DNA of 64,000 nucleotides from a virus. The stretch's first letter is position 1, and the number at the start of each line of letters is the position of its first letter. The stretch covers positions 1 through 64,000 of IMG/VR virus record IMGVR_UViG_3300002042_000001. One strand, given 5' to 3'. A model generated the notes under the pieces. The model did not search any database and had not been told where the DNA came from. It saw only the letters and a list, made by a program, of their open reading frames with translations. The translations under genes were made by a program, and so were the position numbers. This document shows positions 48,795 through 59,251 of this stretch, piece after piece.

Positions 48795-49652
48795 ATGACT
48801 GACGAAGAAAAGAAAGCTGCCGCTGAAGCTGCCGCTGCCGAAAAAGCCGCTGCTGAAAAAGAAGCCGCTGAGAAAGCCGCAGCTAAAGAAGCCGCTGAAA
48901 AAGAAGCAGCCGACAAAGCTGCTGAGAAGGAAGCTGCTGAAAAAGAAGCCGCTGAGAAAGCCGCTAAAGAAAAAGCTGAAGCTGACAAGAACAAGTCTGA
49001 AGAGCAGAAGAAGCTGGAAGCTCTTCAAGCCGAGCTTGATGCTGAAAAAGCCAAGCTGAAAGAATTCGAAGGTATCGACCCTGAAAAGGCGAAAGCTGAT
49101 GCGAAGAAATTGGCTGATGCTGAAAAAGCAGCGAAAGATGCCGAGAAGGCTAAGGCAAAAGCCGAAGGTGACTTCGCCAAGCTAGCCGAAATTCAGCAAG
49201 CCGAGCGCGAAGCTGAAATGAAAACCCTCACCGATGAACGCGACGCTGCTCAAGCGAAGGCTGACAAAGCTCAAGCTGCTGCCGACGCCGCTGCTATCTC
49301 TGTTGCATTTTCCAACTCGCAGTTTCTTTCTGAAGAAACTATTCTGACACCCGCGAAAGCTGAAAAGCTATATTCCGATCTTGTCGAATTCGAAGAAGGC
49401 AACATTGTTGTATATGATTCGCCGGCAGGTGTTGATGGTCGCGCTCGCGTGATGGACTCGCAGGGCAAGTCACTTTCGTTCAACGACGCAATATCGAAAG
49501 TGGTCAACGCAGACCCCGATAAAGACACATTGCTGAAAACAAAAGCGAAACCAGGCGGCGATACGAAGACTGAAAAGGGTAAAGCTGAACAGGCTGCATC
49601 CGACCGTCACAGTCGTTTAGCCGAGGGTATTAAGAACCTTCGCAACAGTTAA
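48795..49652 (+). CDS. scaffolding protein
   Basis: A/E/K-rich coiled coil between portal and capsid genes. Confidence 0.7.
   Translation: MTDEEKKAAAEAAAAEKAAAEKEAAEKAAAKEAAEKEAADKAAEKEAAEKEAAEKAAKEKAEADKNKSEEQKKLEALQAELDAEKAKLKEFEGIDPEKAKADAKKLADAEKAAKDAEKAKAKAEGDFAKLAEIQQAEREAEMKTLTDERDAAQAKADKAQAAADAAAISVAFSNSQFLSEETILTPAKAEKLYSDLVEFEEGNIVVYDSPAGVDGRARVMDSQGKSLSFNDAISKVVNADPDKDTLLKTKAKPGGDTKTEKGKAEQAASDRHSRLAEGIKNLRNS
48813..48975 (+). repeat. degenerate 15-nt tandem repeats encoding (AAEKE)n
   Basis: gctgaaaaagaagcc-type units. Confidence 0.8.
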
Positions 49653-49676
49653 TTGCAAAAAAGTTTAGGATAGGCG

Positions 49677-49705
49677 TTGCCATGTCCTAAACTTTTTGCT
49701 ATTAT
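49677..49705 (+). promoter_or_regulatory. sigma70 promoter TTGCCA-17-TATTAT
   Basis: the -35 lies in the loop of the hairpin 49657-49700. Confidence 0.55.
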
Positions 49706-49752
49706 GTGCCAACGAAACATTTTTTGAAGATATTTTTTAGGAGTTACCGATC

Positions 49753-50658
49753 ATGGCATTGCTACGTGCTGAAGCTGAAAAGCTTTCCAACAACGTTCTC
49801 GAACAGGGCGTCATTGAAGAAATTATCGACCGTGATGCGATGTTCGCGCTCATGCCGTTTAAGAAAATCGTTGGTAAGGCTTATGTCTATAACCGCGAGA
49901 AAACGCTTTCCGAAGCTGAATTCTTGGACCCATATGATGACGTTCCAGAAGGCGCTGCCGACTTCGACGAAATCGTTGCCAAGCTGCGCATCCTTGCTGG
50001 TGACGTAGATATCGACAACTTCCTCGACGAAACGATGGATGACACCAACGACCAGACTGCAATTCAGATTGCAGCCAAAGCAAAAGGTATGCGCCGGAAG
50101 TTCCAACGCACCCTCGCAATCGGCGACTCTGGTGTGTCTGCGAAAGAATTCGACGGTCTCGCAACTCTTTGTGACGCTGGTCAGGTTCTAAACGCTGGTA
50201 CTGATGGTGAAGCTCTGACTTTCGAACGTATCGATACGCTGATGCGCATGGTTCCAATGGGCGCCGATGCTTTGATTATGCGTGGCGGTACTCACGACGC
50301 TGTTCTTGCTGCACAACGTGCACTTGGTGGTACGATGCCTGAGCATATCACTTTGCCGAACCACTCGAACATCACCGTTCCTGCTTATCGCGGCATTCCA
50401 ATCCTGATTAACGACTTCCTTCCTGGCGATGAAGACCTGGGTTCTGCGACCGACACTTGTTCGATCTATGCAGTCCGGTTCAACGAAGCGGACGGCCTTC
50501 ACGGCATGTTCGGCGGCCCATCTGCTGGTATTCGGGTACAGGCTCTCGGCCCACTCGAAAAGAAAGACGCTGATCGTTACCGTCTGAAGTGGTACTGCGG
50601 TACTGCTCTGAAGTCCACCAAGTCTCTGGCTCGGTTGGCAGGTATCACCAACATCTAA
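49753..50658 (+). CDS. major capsid protein
   Basis: 301 aa after scaffold, followed by strong terminator. Confidence 0.75.
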   Translation: MALLRAEAEKLSNNVLEQGVIEEIIDRDAMFALMPFKKIVGKAYVYNREKTLSEAEFLDPYDDVPEGAADFDEIVAKLRILAGDVDIDNFLDETMDDTNDQTAIQIAAKAKGMRRKFQRTLAIGDSGVSAKEFDGLATLCDAGQVLNAGTDGEALTFERIDTLMRMVPMGADALIMRGGTHDAVLAAQRALGGTMPEHITLPNHSNITVPAYRGIPILINDFLPGDEDLGSATDTCSIYAVRFNEADGLHGMFGGPSAGIRVQALGPLEKKDADRYRLKWYCGTALKSTKSLARLAGITNI

Positions 50659-50685
50659 GTGTTGGTCGATCACTAACGAAATCCC

Positions 50686-50722
50686 GAAGGGGCAGGGCTC
50701 GGCTCTGTCCCTTCTTTTTTAT
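50686..50722 (+). terminator. rho-independent terminator
   Basis: gaaggggcagggc-tcg-gctctgtcccttc + tttttta. Confidence 0.8.
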
Positions 50723-50734
50723 CAGGAGTATATT

Positions 50735-51250
50735 ATGAAAGTACGTATCGTATCTAAAGGCTGGGAGACATTCACTGGTCAAATGGGTCCAGGCGCCATC
50801 TTCAAAGACGGTGTATCTGTAGAAGACCTTCACCCTCGGATTATTGCTCGAATTGGCTCTTCGGTTATGATTCAAGACGCTGAGACCGGCGAGCAAGTTG
50901 GTCCAGCGGTTATTGCGCGGTTGATGCACGATAAACCAATCGCACCCGCTGTAGTTGCTATCAAACGTGAAGACGTTGAAGCCGCTGCTGAAGTCGAAAA
51001 AGAAAAGCTGATCGAAGCTGAGAAGGAAGACGCGAAAAAAGCCGCTGAAGCTCTCGAAGCCGCGAAAGAGAAAAAAGTAGACGAGGAAGCTGATATCGTC
51101 TATACCCGCGAAGAGTTGGAAGCAATCGCTGCTAACGATGGTATCGCAGGTCTGCGTGAAATCGGTGAAGTACACGGCGTCAAAGGTCGTGCTATCGCCG
51201 AAATGATCGATGAAATCATCGAAGCACAAAACAAGAAGTTGGCTGAATAA
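50735..51250 (+). CDS. head-associated protein with C-terminal HeH/Rho-N-like motif
   Basis: ORF track 171 aa. Confidence 0.55.
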   Translation: MKVRIVSKGWETFTGQMGPGAIFKDGVSVEDLHPRIIARIGSSVMIQDAETGEQVGPAVIARLMHDKPIAPAVVAIKREDVEAAAEVEKEKLIEAEKEDAKKAAEALEAAKEKKVDEEADIVYTREELEAIAANDGIAGLREIGEVHGVKGRAIAEMIDEIIEAQNKKLAE

Positions 51251-52047
51251 TGACGACCAATGTATCTGCTGGTACTGATGCCAGTCTGACAATCGCTACC
51301 GTAGACGACGCTGGGGCTGCAATCCCTGGCGTGTCTGCCACCTGGGCTCTATATGACCAAGCGGGCGAAGAAGTTACGACTGGTTCGGTGAGTGGGTACG
51401 GTACTAACGAGTCTTCCGTTTCAATCGAGATTGATAAGCAGTTTATCACTATCGAAGAGAATACCGAAGGTCGTGAGGTTGTCGTTTTCATTACACAGGA
51501 TGATAGCGACATTGTTGAGGTTCGGGATTATTTCTTGATCGTTAACAACAATCCGCTCGAAATTATGGGCAATTCGTGCATGAGTTACGCGGAAGCTCTA
51601 GCGATGCGCACCGAATTCGGCTCTCTTGATGGTTGGGATGCAAACGTCGATGTTGATGTACGTGCAGCCGCTATGAGGCAAGCCTTCGCTCACCTGAGTC
51701 GTATTCGCTTCAAGGTTCCTGGCGTATCACGTTTCAATCACGTGCATACAGACGAGCTATACACCAAAAGCTATTTTCACCTTCAGCGTGCTACGGTCGC
51801 TGATTGGAACGATTCGAACAAAGACTTCCGTCGCTGCATGAAACGTGCACAGATGCAAGAAGCCAATAACCTTCTCGGTGGTGACCCTATCGGCAAGAAA
51901 CGTGCTGAAGGCATTATCTCCGAGACTATTGGTGAAAGCTCTATGTTCTTTCGTTCAACCCCGTACCTTAATCTCCCAATCAGTCGGCAGGCGTATGACG
52001 AAGTTAAGGGCTACATTACTTTAAGAGTGGATATTGCAAGAGCATGA
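51250..52047 (+). CDS. virion morphogenesis protein (unknown)
   Basis: ORF track 265 aa. Confidence 0.6.
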   Translation: MTTNVSAGTDASLTIATVDDAGAAIPGVSATWALYDQAGEEVTTGSVSGYGTNESSVSIEIDKQFITIEENTEGREVVVFITQDDSDIVEVRDYFLIVNNNPLEIMGNSCMSYAEALAMRTEFGSLDGWDANVDVDVRAAAMRQAFAHLSRIRFKVPGVSRFNHVHTDELYTKSYFHLQRATVADWNDSNKDFRRCMKRAQMQEANNLLGGDPIGKKRAEGIISETIGESSMFFRSTPYLNLPISRQAYDEVKGYITLRVDIARA

Positions 52048-52808
52048 TTTTCAAGATCACAGAATTAGCCGAACAGTCGGTTAGTAGGTACGGTCGCTTT
52101 TTGAATGTTCTCAGGTCTCAGTTTGAAGTAACTATCCGCGTTCTCAATGACGAAATATCCTTCGACCAACGTCGCCAAGAAGCACTATCGGTGTCTCGTG
52201 GTGAATTTCAACGCTTTCAGAATACCGAACACGCTGAATTGAATGATGACAGCGCTGATATAGCTCGCTTAGCGTACTCAGACGCTATGTCAGACGCAAA
52301 CCAGACACCAGACGTGATACCAGACCACTTTGCTGATTTTATCTTTCAAGCAGCGTTCTACACGGTTTCTATCATTGATGCGCAAGCGCGTCGTGATACC
52401 TTTGCAATGATGCAGGGTTTGCAAGAAACATATCAACGCGTCGATCTATACCAACGCGTAGGTAATCGCAGTCGTATCTCTGCCGTCGCCGCCGTCATTC
52501 AAGAGAACGATATCAACCCGAAGTTTCAATTCGTCGATAGAATTGGTCGGCGATATAAGTCGAGTAAGCATATTCGTTCCACGTATCGATCACACCTGCT
52601 AAACGTGTACAACGAAGTTTATATGGCAACAGCAGCCGAATTGGGGTATAGTACGCTTTTCATCGACCACCCGAACGTTGACTATAAGTGGCACGGTGCT
52701 GAAATATCTATATCGCCTGACGTGACCAATGTACCGAGTTATCAGGATATCAAAGATGAAGTGTTTCACCCGTCATCGCAAGCTCAGCTAAAGATAGCTA
52801 TGGAGTAA
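52044..52808 (+). CDS. virion morphogenesis protein (unknown)
   Basis: ORF track 254 aa. Confidence 0.6.
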   Translation: MIFKITELAEQSVSRYGRFLNVLRSQFEVTIRVLNDEISFDQRRQEALSVSRGEFQRFQNTEHAELNDDSADIARLAYSDAMSDANQTPDVIPDHFADFIFQAAFYTVSIIDAQARRDTFAMMQGLQETYQRVDLYQRVGNRSRISAVAAVIQENDINPKFQFVDRIGRRYKSSKHIRSTYRSHLLNVYNEVYMATAAELGYSTLFIDHPNVDYKWHGAEISISPDVTNVPSYQDIKDEVFHPSSQAQLKIAME

Positions 52809-52812
52809 CAGT

Positions 52813-53175
52813 ATGTTTAGACCAAATACGCATGGTTTCCTGTACAGGAAAGAAGCGCAAAGGAACAAATTTGGCAAAGAGACATTCGTTGCACCAAGTC
52901 GCATCCCTTTGGCGGTCGTTCGAGCCAACCGCGACGTTGAAAGTACATCGGTGCGTGCTGATAGCTCTTCGAGCCGTGGCGCCGCCGAGCAAAAAGAAGC
53001 AACGATTATGCTGTTGCTGCCGAAAACAATCAAGACGGTCGAGGGTGATGTTATTCGCTTCTTAGATCGGTTCATGGAGATTACTGGTATTCACCCGCGT
53101 ATCGACGTGTGTGGTCAATTAGACCACTATGAATTGACTGGTGATATCCGTGACGAGTTGAACGTCGATGGCTAG
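52813..53175 (+). CDS. head-tail joining candidate
   Basis: ORF track 120 aa, position. Confidence 0.55.
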   Translation: MFRPNTHGFLYRKEAQRNKFGKETFVAPSRIPLAVVRANRDVESTSVRADSSSSRGAAEQKEATIMLLLPKTIKTVEGDVIRFLDRFMEITGIHPRIDVCGQLDHYELTGDIRDELNVDG

Positions 53176-53632
53176 ATTATATTTCAAAGGTGATTCTGCC
53201 GGCAGACTTGCCGGCACATTCAATCGCGAGGGTAAATTGGTAGGTAAGAGGGCTCTGCGCAATATGCGTCGCGTCTCGAAGCTTGTTATGGAGCAATCGA
53301 AGAAGAATGCGCCTGTTGATTGGAAGGGGCGCAACAAGACAGACCCACCTGGGCATGAATTGGAGCGCTCACACAAGGTTGAAGAGCAATACGCCGATGA
53401 TCGGCGATTAACTGCAACTGTCGTAGTTGGCGGTATTGTCGGTGGTGTGAATGTTGATGCTTACGCACAATGGTTGCATGATGACTTTTCGTGGTCGTTG
53501 GGTCCAGCTTCACGCGATAAGGCTGGTAGAGGTAATGATGTTGGTCCGCTGTTTCTCGAACGTGCGCTAACAAAGTATGAAGATGAATTCGACGATATGT
53601 TGGATGAAGCGTTAGGAGAATTGTTGCGATGA
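53168..53632 (+). CDS. HK97 gp10-like head-tail protein candidate
   Basis: KKNAPVDWKG resembles gp10-family NAPVDTG motif. Confidence 0.5.
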   Translation: MARLYFKGDSAGRLAGTFNREGKLVGKRALRNMRRVSKLVMEQSKKNAPVDWKGRNKTDPPGHELERSHKVEEQYADDRRLTATVVVGGIVGGVNVDAYAQWLHDDFSWSLGPASRDKAGRGNDVGPLFLERALTKYEDEFDDMLDEALGELLR

Positions 53633-54012
53633 AACATTTAGATTATGTAGCGGCGCTACTCGAAACCGAAGGTAAAGGCACGTTAGGTACTGACATTTTC
53701 ATCGGTACTCTGCCGGCTGACGTAAATCGGGGTATTATGCTTAAAGACCCTCTTTTGGGTCACGCGGTCAATGAAGAGTTGCCCGACTGGTATCAAACCA
53801 ATTTTCAGATAATCATTCGCGACCCTGACGAACAAGTGGGCTCTGAAAGGGCAGAAGCGATCTTCGAAATTCTATTTCAAAACCACGTCGAGACCACTGA
53901 TCTTACGGTGGTTAAGATGTTTCCGCGTACGAAACCAATCATGTACCCACGTAATGATGCCGACGAAGTTGAGTTTTCAATGCTTGTACGCATTCATTTC
54001 GGAGAAAAATAG
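53629..54012 (+). CDS. tail completion/terminator candidate
   Basis: ORF track 127 aa, immediately before tail tube gene. Confidence 0.55.
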   Translation: MKHLDYVAALLETEGKGTLGTDIFIGTLPADVNRGIMLKDPLLGHAVNEELPDWYQTNFQIIIRDPDEQVGSERAEAIFEILFQNHVETTDLTVVKMFPRTKPIMYPRNDADEVEFSMLVRIHFGEK

Positions 54013-54086
54013 ACAAAGGGTATGGATATCGTCGAATGATTGTGGTATCATGCCTGATAACGAATTTTTTCTATTAGGAGTCTATC

Positions 54087-54602
54087 ATGTCGTACGACAA
54101 TCTCGAACTCGGTCCATGCACCGTATCTTTCAAAGGCACTGACCTTGGTCTGACCAAGGGTGGCGTCGAAGTTGAATTTGCAACTGAAATTTCTGACATT
54201 ACCGCTGACCAGTTTGGTGATACTGTATTGAACCAGTACATCAAGGGTCGTTCGGTCATGGTTAAGGTTCCTCTTGCTGAAAACGATCTGGACAAATTCG
54301 CTGCTGCATTTCCTGGCGTCTCGCTGGTTGTTAATGGTCCAGACAAGAAACTTGTCATCAATTCTGCTGTTGGTACTTCCCTTCGCGCACTAGCTGGACC
54401 TCTGGTTCTGCACCCTAAAGAGCGTGATGTTGCCGATAAGAGCCGCGACGTTGTTGTTGGTCTCGCAATGGCAAAAGGCGATATGTCTTTCGCGTTCAAG
54501 CACGACGACCAGCGCGTCTTCGCACTTGAATTCCAAGGCTACGTTGATCTGGACACTGACGAGCTTCTGACCTTTGGTGACCCAACTGTTGTTGCTCCTT
54601 AA
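54087..54602 (+). CDS. major tail (tube) protein
   Basis: 171 aa, AGGAG before ATG, upstream of chaperone/TMP. Confidence 0.7.
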   Translation: MSYDNLELGPCTVSFKGTDLGLTKGGVEVEFATEISDITADQFGDTVLNQYIKGRSVMVKVPLAENDLDKFAAAFPGVSLVVNGPDKKLVINSAVGTSLRALAGPLVLHPKERDVADKSRDVVVGLAMAKGDMSFAFKHDDQRVFALEFQGYVDLDTDELLTFGDPTVVAP

Positions 54603-54608
54603 CCCTAA

Positions 54609-54637
54609 TTGACATACGCGGGGGTTTGGGATATAAC
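54609..54637 (+). promoter_or_regulatory. sigma70 promoter TTGACA-17-TATAAC
   Basis: consensus -35; overlaps hairpin acgcggggg/ccctcgcgt. Confidence 0.5.
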
Positions 54638-54668
54638 CCTCGCGTATTCATAATTAGGAATTCATTAT

Positions 54669-55085
54669 ATGTCTGAAGAAAACGGTCCTCGCTATCTGAA
54701 TCTGGATGATCTGGAAACGGAAAGCGATATCACGATTAAGCATGATGGCAAAGAGCATAGAATGGCTACTTTGACTGTCGATAAATTCATCGAACAACAA
54801 AAGCGGGCTTCTGAGCTTGAAGCTGAATCGGAAAGAGCAAAAGCCGAGGGTAAAGAAGTTGATGACGATGATATGGCGAAGGTAGTAACCTTGCTTAAAA
54901 CGTCTGTCAGCGAATACTTCCCAACCATTCCGGTCAATGAGCTTCCCGTTGCGAAGCTATTCGCGATCTTCGGGTTTCTGAATGAAGTCTCCGCAAAGAT
55001 TAACGACGATGCCTCTCAAGGCGCCGAAGGTGTCGAAAGCACTGACGGTGAAGCGTCGGGAAACGTGGAACGGGAAGACGATTAA
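54669..55085 (+). CDS. tail assembly chaperone (gpG-like)
   Basis: acidic 138 aa upstream of tape measure; slip site near 3' end. Confidence 0.7.
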   Translation: MSEENGPRYLNLDDLETESDITIKHDGKEHRMATLTVDKFIEQQKRASELEAESERAKAEGKEVDDDDMAKVVTLLKTSVSEYFPTIPVNELPVAKLFAIFGFLNEVSAKINDDASQGAEGVESTDGEASGNVEREDD

Positions 55086-55405
55086 AGACTATCGACTTCC
55101 CATATTTCGTCGCTCGCATCTGTCGTGAATACGGTATGAAATGGAATGATGTTCTATCAATGCCGGTAAAAATGTTCTGGTCATTCCAGAAGCAGATTGA
55201 CAGGCTAAAAGCGGACGACGAGTTACGATTATTTCAATCCCTGTCCATGTCCAATAGTCAAGATGCTGATGGTGTTAGAGCATACATAAGCAGTTTGAAA
55301 GAACGTATTGGTAATCCAGCGCACGCTGAAGCGATCTTCGATGAAGAGAAGTTCCAGCAATTAGCCGCTCAGTTTGGACAGGAAGTAGACAAGGAAGATG
55401 GCTAG
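54669..55405 (+). CDS. G-T-like chaperone fusion via -1 frameshift at 55058-55064
   Basis: no stop in -1 frame from the slip site through ORF 55136-55405, which ends 8 nt inside the TMP gene. Confidence 0.6.
55058..55064 (+). other. -1 programmed frameshift heptamer G GGA AAC
   Basis: zero-frame codons tcG GGA AAC; -1 frame open to 55405. Confidence 0.65.
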
Positions 55406-58400
55406 TCGTAGACTAACAGTTGTACTCGACCTCGACTCCGGTCGTTACTCTGGTCGCATGCGCGGCGCTGCTAATGTAACTAAGACGTTGCAAGGGCGCG
55501 TAGACCGTACTTCCAAATCGATGAGAGGGATGGGCAATAGTTTTGACCGTGCTGGTCGGCAAATGTCCACCCCTCTCCAAAAACTCCGTGATTATGTTCT
55601 GGTACTTGGTAACGTTCGTCTAGCTTTGCTAAACGTGCGTGACATTGCCGTAGGTTGGGTCGGCGCTCTGGTAAAGCAGTCTGCCGAGGTTCAACGTTTG
55701 ACCGTTCTGATGAAGGGTCTTTCCGCTGCAACTACCGAATTTGGCCGTAACGAAGAAGCTCGTAACAACTTGAACGAATTGTTCAAAATGTCGCGTGGTT
55801 CTGGTATCGCGGTTCAATCACTATCCGACTCCTTCGTTAAAATGAAATCTGCTGGTCTCGACCCTACCGATGGTTCGCTGCGCTCTCTCGTAGACGCAGT
55901 GTCCGCGTTTGGTGGTACGTCTGATACCTTCCACCGTGCCTCTATCGCTATTCAACAAATGGCTGGTAAGGGCGTTATCTCTATGGAAGAATTGCGTCAG
56001 CAGTTGGGTGAAGCTGTTCCGACCGCTATGTTCGACATGGCTCGCGCAATGAACGTATCTGTCGGCGAGTTGGTAAAAGCTGTTTCCGATGGTAAAGTCG
56101 AAGCTGCGCCGGCACTACAAGCACTCTTTGAAGAATTCGAATTGAAATATGCTGGTGCTGGTAAGCGTTTGGCAGATACCTTCAATGGTCAGATGGCTAT
56201 TGTTTCGACGAATATGCTAGAGCTATCCAATAGCTTCACAGGCTTGTTCGATGAAATGGATGGTTCGACTGGTCAGCGCGAAGGAAGTTTGTTCTCAACT
56301 ATTGCGGACAACCTGAAAGACCTTAACCAAGCTCTGCAATCAACCGAAGCTAAAGAAGCTATGGCTGATCTTGGTCGATCTGTTGGTGCTATCGCAAACG
56401 CAATCGCTGGGGCTATCCGGTGGGTGATCGAATGGCGTAACCAAATCGGCGCTCTTGTACAGGTGATCGTATCTGGTTTCTTGCTTGTGCAAGCGCAGAA
56501 GCTTATAGGTTACTTCCTGACGCTTGGCACAGGCGCAACGCTATCTCTCGGTAACATCGGTAAAGCGATGACCGCCACGCAAGGTCCGGCTGCTGGTATG
56601 GTCGCCTGGGGCCAGAAGATACAGTTGCAACAACGCGGCGCGAACATCTTGTCTGGTCAGCGTGTAACCGCTATCAGGTCTGAGATTACTGCTACTCAAC
56701 AAAAGATCGCCCAGCTTCAGATTGAAACTCGTCAGCTTGGTATCAACGCAAACTATCATGGTATTACCGCAAAGGCTATCCGTGGCAAAATGCTTGCCGC
56801 ACAAGCTGCGCTTAATCAAGGTAAAGTGGCTGGTCGTTTTAGAGACTTCGAAACTGGTCAGTATATCTCACAAGCGAAGGCTATCGCTAATAACAATGCA
56901 ATGATCGCATTGAACGCACGAGCTAAAGCTGCTGCTTCAGGGAGCGCAAGACAACTCGCTGCTGCTGAAGCTAACCTAACTGCTGCTCTTGCTGCTCAAA
57001 CCGCAGCACAGACGCGTTTAGGTGTAGCTACGACCGCTTCGACCGCTAAAAAAACCGCATTTAGTATCGCAACTGGTATTGCCGCTACCGCCGCACGTGG
57101 TTTTGGTATGGCGGTAAACTTTGCACTTGGTCCGGTGGGTATTATCATTGGTCTACTGTTCTCTGCTGCTTCCGCTGCTGGTGCATTCGCTAGCTCTGCT
57201 GATCGAGCCGCTGATGCTGCTCGTAACATGGCGAACGGTATATATACACTCGCAAACGCAGAACGCTTCCGCGAGCGTCTGGATGAAATTAAGGTTAAGA
57301 AGGCTAAACTTCAGGGTGAGATTAGTCGTAAAGGCGTAGGTCGAGAGACTGGTGGCTACCTGGGTTATTCTGTGAGTGAAGCGCCAAAAGCGCACTTAGA
57401 TAAGCGTCGTCGTGAATTAGCTGCCCTCGAAAAAGAAGAGGCCAGAATTATGAGCGACCTTGGTCGTAATAACGATCAAGTGCGGGCGCAAGACTTACGC
57501 CGACATGGTGAAACGATCAATCAAAAGATCGAAGTACAACGTGCGGGTGTGTCTAGTCAGTATCAAATTGGTTTGCAGGAAATTAAGAATAACCGCAATC
57601 TCAATGAGGCTCAAAAACTACAACAAACACAAGCGTTGCGTGAACGTACGCAAGCTTCACTTCGAGCTATTCCACAAGCAGCAATTAGTGCGCTGGAAAG
57701 TAGCTTGGGTAAAGTTATCGATAAGCACGGTTCGGGCTCTCAACAGGCAGCTAACGTAGCTGAGCTTTTGAATAACGTAACCGAAAGTCAAAACTCCGCT
57801 TCAGCTTCATTCGAGCATGGGGTAGAGCCAGTCAACAACTTCGCAAACGGTCTCGGCTCTGCTGGTGACGCTGCCGGCAAGACTGGTAAGAAAGTTGGCG
57901 CTACGACACGTAAGGTTACCGAAGCTGAAAAGGCTTTCAAGCGATTTAATACTCAAATCGTCAGCCAGCTTACTAAGATCGCTGAACTTGAAGACGAGCT
58001 TGCAACTGGTGGGCAGAATAGCGAAACCGCAAAGCTTACCGCTCAATTGGAAAACGGTCGCTTGAAACAAGCCACTGAACAGCAAGTTGCTTCAATGTTT
58101 GCGAACGCTGCCCGTATTGACCAGTTGAAAAAACAGATCGATATCGCTGATACAATGTCCAAGCTTGATACGGAGATTATCAAGGTGGAAGCTTCTGCGC
58201 ATGCTCTGTGGACTGGTTTTGTGAACGACTCTTTCGAAGCTGCTCAAGCTGCTGCGCAAGTCGAAGACCGCTTCGCTGATATGTTGACTGGTCTGACTGG
58301 TGATGATCTTGAAGCAGCACTCGCTAAAGTGGAGCGCATCAAACAGGCTCTTAAAAACGAAGAGGCTGTCGAGATTGCTAACGACTGGCATCGTATGGCA

Positions 58401-59249
58401 GAAGAAATTGAAATCTCTCTGTTGAACGAAAACCTGCAACGTCAGCGTAACTTCGAATTGGAAATGGAGCGTCAACGGGCTCTGATTGAATTGACGCGTG
58501 AAGGTACACAGAAGCGCCAGATTATGGAAGAAGCTTTCGCTCGCTGGAAGATGGCGAAAGAGAAAGAGCTAGCGCGTGAAAACGAGTCGTCTATTATTAA
58601 GATGGCTCGCGATTGGCAGAACCTTGGTAAAAACATGGACGAAGCGTTCGGTACTGCACTGAGCAACTTGGTTGATGGTCTTGCTGAAGGCGAGCTTGCG
58701 TTCGATGACTTCGCTATCGAAATCGTTAAATCTCTGATTAAAGTTATTCTGCAAGCAATCATCGCATACGCTATTCTGTCGGCTTTGGGCTTCCCAGGAA
58801 GCTCACAAAATTCCGCACCTTCTTTTGGTAGCTTCCTGAAAGGCGGCATCGGTAACTTCTTAGGCGGTTTCGGCGGTCTTGGTGGTTCGAGTGAGGTTCC
58901 TGTAAATCACAAAGGTGGTATTCTTGGTAACCGTGGCACGACACGATCTGTCGATATGTCTGTATTCTCTGGTGCGCCGAAGTTTCACGATGGTGGTTTG
59001 CTTCCTGGCGAAATCCCAATCATCGGTAAAGAGGGTGAAATCATTCTCAACGAAGCGCAGCAATCGAATGTCGCTAGCGGTCTGAAGCCGAATGTACAGG
59101 TAAACGTTATTAATAACGGCACAGATGTAGAGGCGTCGGTTAGCGACCCTAAATTCGATGGTAAGCAGATGGTCGTCGATGTTGTATTGGATGCAGCTTC
59201 GAAGCCTGGACCGATGCGCGACATGCTAAGCAGCTTCAAAGGTAAGTAA
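55398..59249 (+). CDS. tail tape measure protein
   Basis: 1283 aa, coiled-coil rich, TM-like segments. Confidence 0.9.
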   Translation: MASRRLTVVLDLDSGRYSGRMRGAANVTKTLQGRVDRTSKSMRGMGNSFDRAGRQMSTPLQKLRDYVLVLGNVRLALLNVRDIAVGWVGALVKQSAEVQRLTVLMKGLSAATTEFGRNEEARNNLNELFKMSRGSGIAVQSLSDSFVKMKSAGLDPTDGSLRSLVDAVSAFGGTSDTFHRASIAIQQMAGKGVISMEELRQQLGEAVPTAMFDMARAMNVSVGELVKAVSDGKVEAAPALQALFEEFELKYAGAGKRLADTFNGQMAIVSTNMLELSNSFTGLFDEMDGSTGQREGSLFSTIADNLKDLNQALQSTEAKEAMADLGRSVGAIANAIAGAIRWVIEWRNQIGALVQVIVSGFLLVQAQKLIGYFLTLGTGATLSLGNIGKAMTATQGPAAGMVAWGQKIQLQQRGANILSGQRVTAIRSEITATQQKIAQLQIETRQLGINANYHGITAKAIRGKMLAAQAALNQGKVAGRFRDFETGQYISQAKAIANNNAMIALNARAKAAASGSARQLAAAEANLTAALAAQTAAQTRLGVATTASTAKKTAFSIATGIAATAARGFGMAVNFALGPVGIIIGLLFSAASAAGAFASSADRAADAARNMANGIYTLANAERFRERLDEIKVKKAKLQGEISRKGVGRETGGYLGYSVSEAPKAHLDKRRRELAALEKEEARIMSDLGRNNDQVRAQDLRRHGETINQKIEVQRAGVSSQYQIGLQEIKNNRNLNEAQKLQQTQALRERTQASLRAIPQAAISALESSLGKVIDKHGSGSQQAANVAELLNNVTESQNSASASFEHGVEPVNNFANGLGSAGDAAGKTGKKVGATTRKVTEAEKAFKRFNTQIVSQLTKIAELEDELATGGQNSETAKLTAQLENGRLKQATEQQVASMFANAARIDQLKKQIDIADTMSKLDTEIIKVEASAHALWTGFVNDSFEAAQAAAQVEDRFADMLTGLTGDDLEAALAKVERIKQALKNEEAVEIANDWHRMAEEIEISLLNENLQRQRNFELEMERQRALIELTREGTQKRQIMEEAFARWKMAKEKELARENESSIIKMARDWQNLGKNMDEAFGTALSNLVDGLAEGELAFDDFAIEIVKSLIKVILQAIIAYAILSALGFPGSSQNSAPSFGSFLKGGIGNFLGGFGGLGGSSEVPVNHKGGILGNRGTTRSVDMSVFSGAPKFHDGGLLPGEIPIIGKEGEIILNEAQQSNVASGLKPNVQVNVINNGTDVEASVSDPKFDGKQMVVDVVLDAASKPGPMRDMLSSFKGK

Positions 59250-59251
59250 TC

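Noticed and set aside
48476-49028. Minus-strand ORFs 48476-48994 and 48777-49028
   Set aside because: They are antisense shadows of the A/E/K-rich tandem repeats in the scaffold gene (poly-A/S/F translations).
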